Source of the DNA: Candidatus Sulfomarinibacteraceae bacterium
GTDB taxonomy: Bacteria; Acidobacteriota; Thermoanaerobaculia; Thermoanaerobaculales; Sulfomarinibacteraceae
Assembly: GCA_963796455.1 (NCBI GenBank)
Contig: CAWCLO010000001.1
Span: 768,001-832,000 of the forward strand
Direction: 5' to 3'
DNA: 64,000 bases
In this document: in pieces, positions 62,935-64,000 of the stretch
How positions within the stretch are numbered: position 1 is the stretch's first letter
Layout: the number at the start of each line of letters is the position of its first letter
The notes under the pieces: model-generated
What the model saw: only the letters and a program-made list of their open reading frames with translations
Databases searched by the model: none
Told to the model about the DNA's origin: nothing
Translations under genes and position numbers: made by a program

Positions 62935-64000
62935 GTGCAGCAGAGCATCAACTACGAAGAGGTCGGGCTGCGAGTCGGACTCGAAGTCCACCAACAATTG
63001 TTGACCGAAAAAAAGATGTTCTGCCACTGTCCTGCCGGGCTTTACACCCGGGATCACGACGGTTCGGTCCTGCGCCACATGCGACCCACTTTGTCCGAAC
63101 TCGGCGAATACGATGGCACGGCCTTGATGGAGTTCAAGACTCGTAAAAACATCGTGTACCTCCTCCACACCAGCAATGTCTGCACCTATGAAATGGACGA
63201 TACGCCGCCCTTTCTGGTCAATGAACAGGCCATCGACATCGCCATCGAGCAGTGTTTGATGCTCGGCTGCGACATCGTCGACGAGCTGCATATCGCCCGC
63301 AAGCAGTATCTGGATGGGTCCATTCCCACCGGTTTTCAACGCACCGCCATCGTCGGTGTCGAGGGCCGCCTGCCCTTTCGCGGACGCGAGCTGAGCATCA
63401 CCCAGGTCAGTGTCGAGGAAGACTCGTGCCGCGAAGTCTCCGACCGCGGCCACCTCATCGTCTGGCGTACCGATCGGCTCGGAATGCCTTTGATCGAGAC
63501 CGTCACAGGCCCCGAACTCCAGACTCCCGAAGAAGTCGAAGAGGCCATCCTGCTGGTCGGCCGGGTCTGCCGTTCCACCGGTCACGTTCGAGTCGGGATG
63601 GGTGCGAGCCGCCAAGATGTCAACGTGTCCGTCAGAGGCGGTCAGAGGGTCGAGATCAAGGGTGTGCCAAAGGCAGGATGGGCCCCGGGTCTAGTCCACG
63701 GCGAGGCGATCCGTCAGGTCAATCTCCTGGCCCTACGGGATGAACTGCACAATCGGGGATTCAAGATCGCCGATCACATCGTCATCGATCACGCCGAGGT
63801 CACGAACATGGTTTCCGACGCAGCGATCGAACTTTTCAAAGCAACGAACTGGGAGCGGTTCCTCGCCGCGGACGACCGCCGTGCCACCTTCGAACGTGGT
63901 GCGGGGCCGTTCTGCGTCCGCGCCGTGCGTCTGCGAGGCCTCGACGGAACTCTCGGGTGGCCGACGCAGCCGGACCGTGTTTTCGCCGACGAGCTCCGGG
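62935..64000 (+). CDS. gatE: Archaeal-type Glu-tRNA(Gln) amidotransferase subunit E (partial, open to the window end)
   Basis: GGAGG RBS and GTG start; manual translation gives GLRVGLEVHQQL, RPTLSELGEYD, RKQYLDGSIPTGFQRT, EEDSCR, DRLGMPLIE, RQDVNVSVRGGQRVEIKGV. Missing from the ORF track because there is no stop in the window. Confidence 0.88.
   Translation, partial: MQQSINYEEVGLRVGLEVHQQLLTEKKMFCHCPAGLYTRDHDGSVLRHMRPTLSELGEYDGTALMEFKTRKNIVYLLHTSNVCTYEMDDTPPFLVNEQAIDIAIEQCLMLGCDIVDELHIARKQYLDGSIPTGFQRTAIVGVEGRLPFRGRELSITQVSVEEDSCREVSDRGHLIVWRTDRLGMPLIETVTGPELQTPEEVEEAILLVGRVCRSTGHVRVGMGASRQDVNVSVRGGQRVEIKGVPKAGWAPGLVHGEAIRQVNLLALRDELHNRGFKIADHIVIDHAEVTNMVSDAAIELFKATNWERFLAADDRRATFERGAGPFCVRAVRLRGLDGTLGWPTQPDRVFADELR

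Noticed and set aside
34223..63615. Long antisense or alternate-frame ORFs (34223..35512, 36866..38185, 40604..41704, 46836..47969, 62428..63615 and others)
   Set aside because: Shadow ORFs of GC-rich genes on the opposite strand with no recognisable motifs; 62428..63615 is antisense to gatE and ridA.

Overview
GC-rich bacterial sequence, probably Acidobacteriota/Thermoanaerobaculia-like. This is inferred from secreted proteins ending in an F-x-D-x-F-E-S-G motif, a kinase-TPR protein and the REP families present. Many genes in 1-34 kb are split by single-base indels (read errors or decay), while 34-64 kb is nearly clean. A complete tRNA-Thr(CGT) at 34117-34191 (-) has two displaced 3'-half copies at 19900 and 12454, each followed by a terminator; these delimit two tandem islands with no integrase in view. 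Island A (12.5-19.9 kb) holds an integron-like cassette array without intI (four attC or attC-half sites and a candidate attI), hicBA, mazEF and hipA-type toxin-antitoxin modules, and a trypsin-like protease. Island B (20-34 kb) holds an unusual membrane-sensor/HAMP/(p)ppGpp-synthetase gene behind a sigma54-type promoter, a ClC-CBS-TrkA_C transporter, a SulP with four tandem STAS domains and a two-component cluster. The right half is mostly housekeeping and accessory genes: DacB, a DprE1/E2-like pair, an HDAC fusion, a two-domain RNase HI, a MazF-YefM-ADP-ribosylhydrolase cluster, yidD and RidA. It ends in a partial archaeal-type gatE. Intergenic regions are rich in simple-repeat palindromes and REP-like elements. 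All calls come from motif reading only; no database searches were run.
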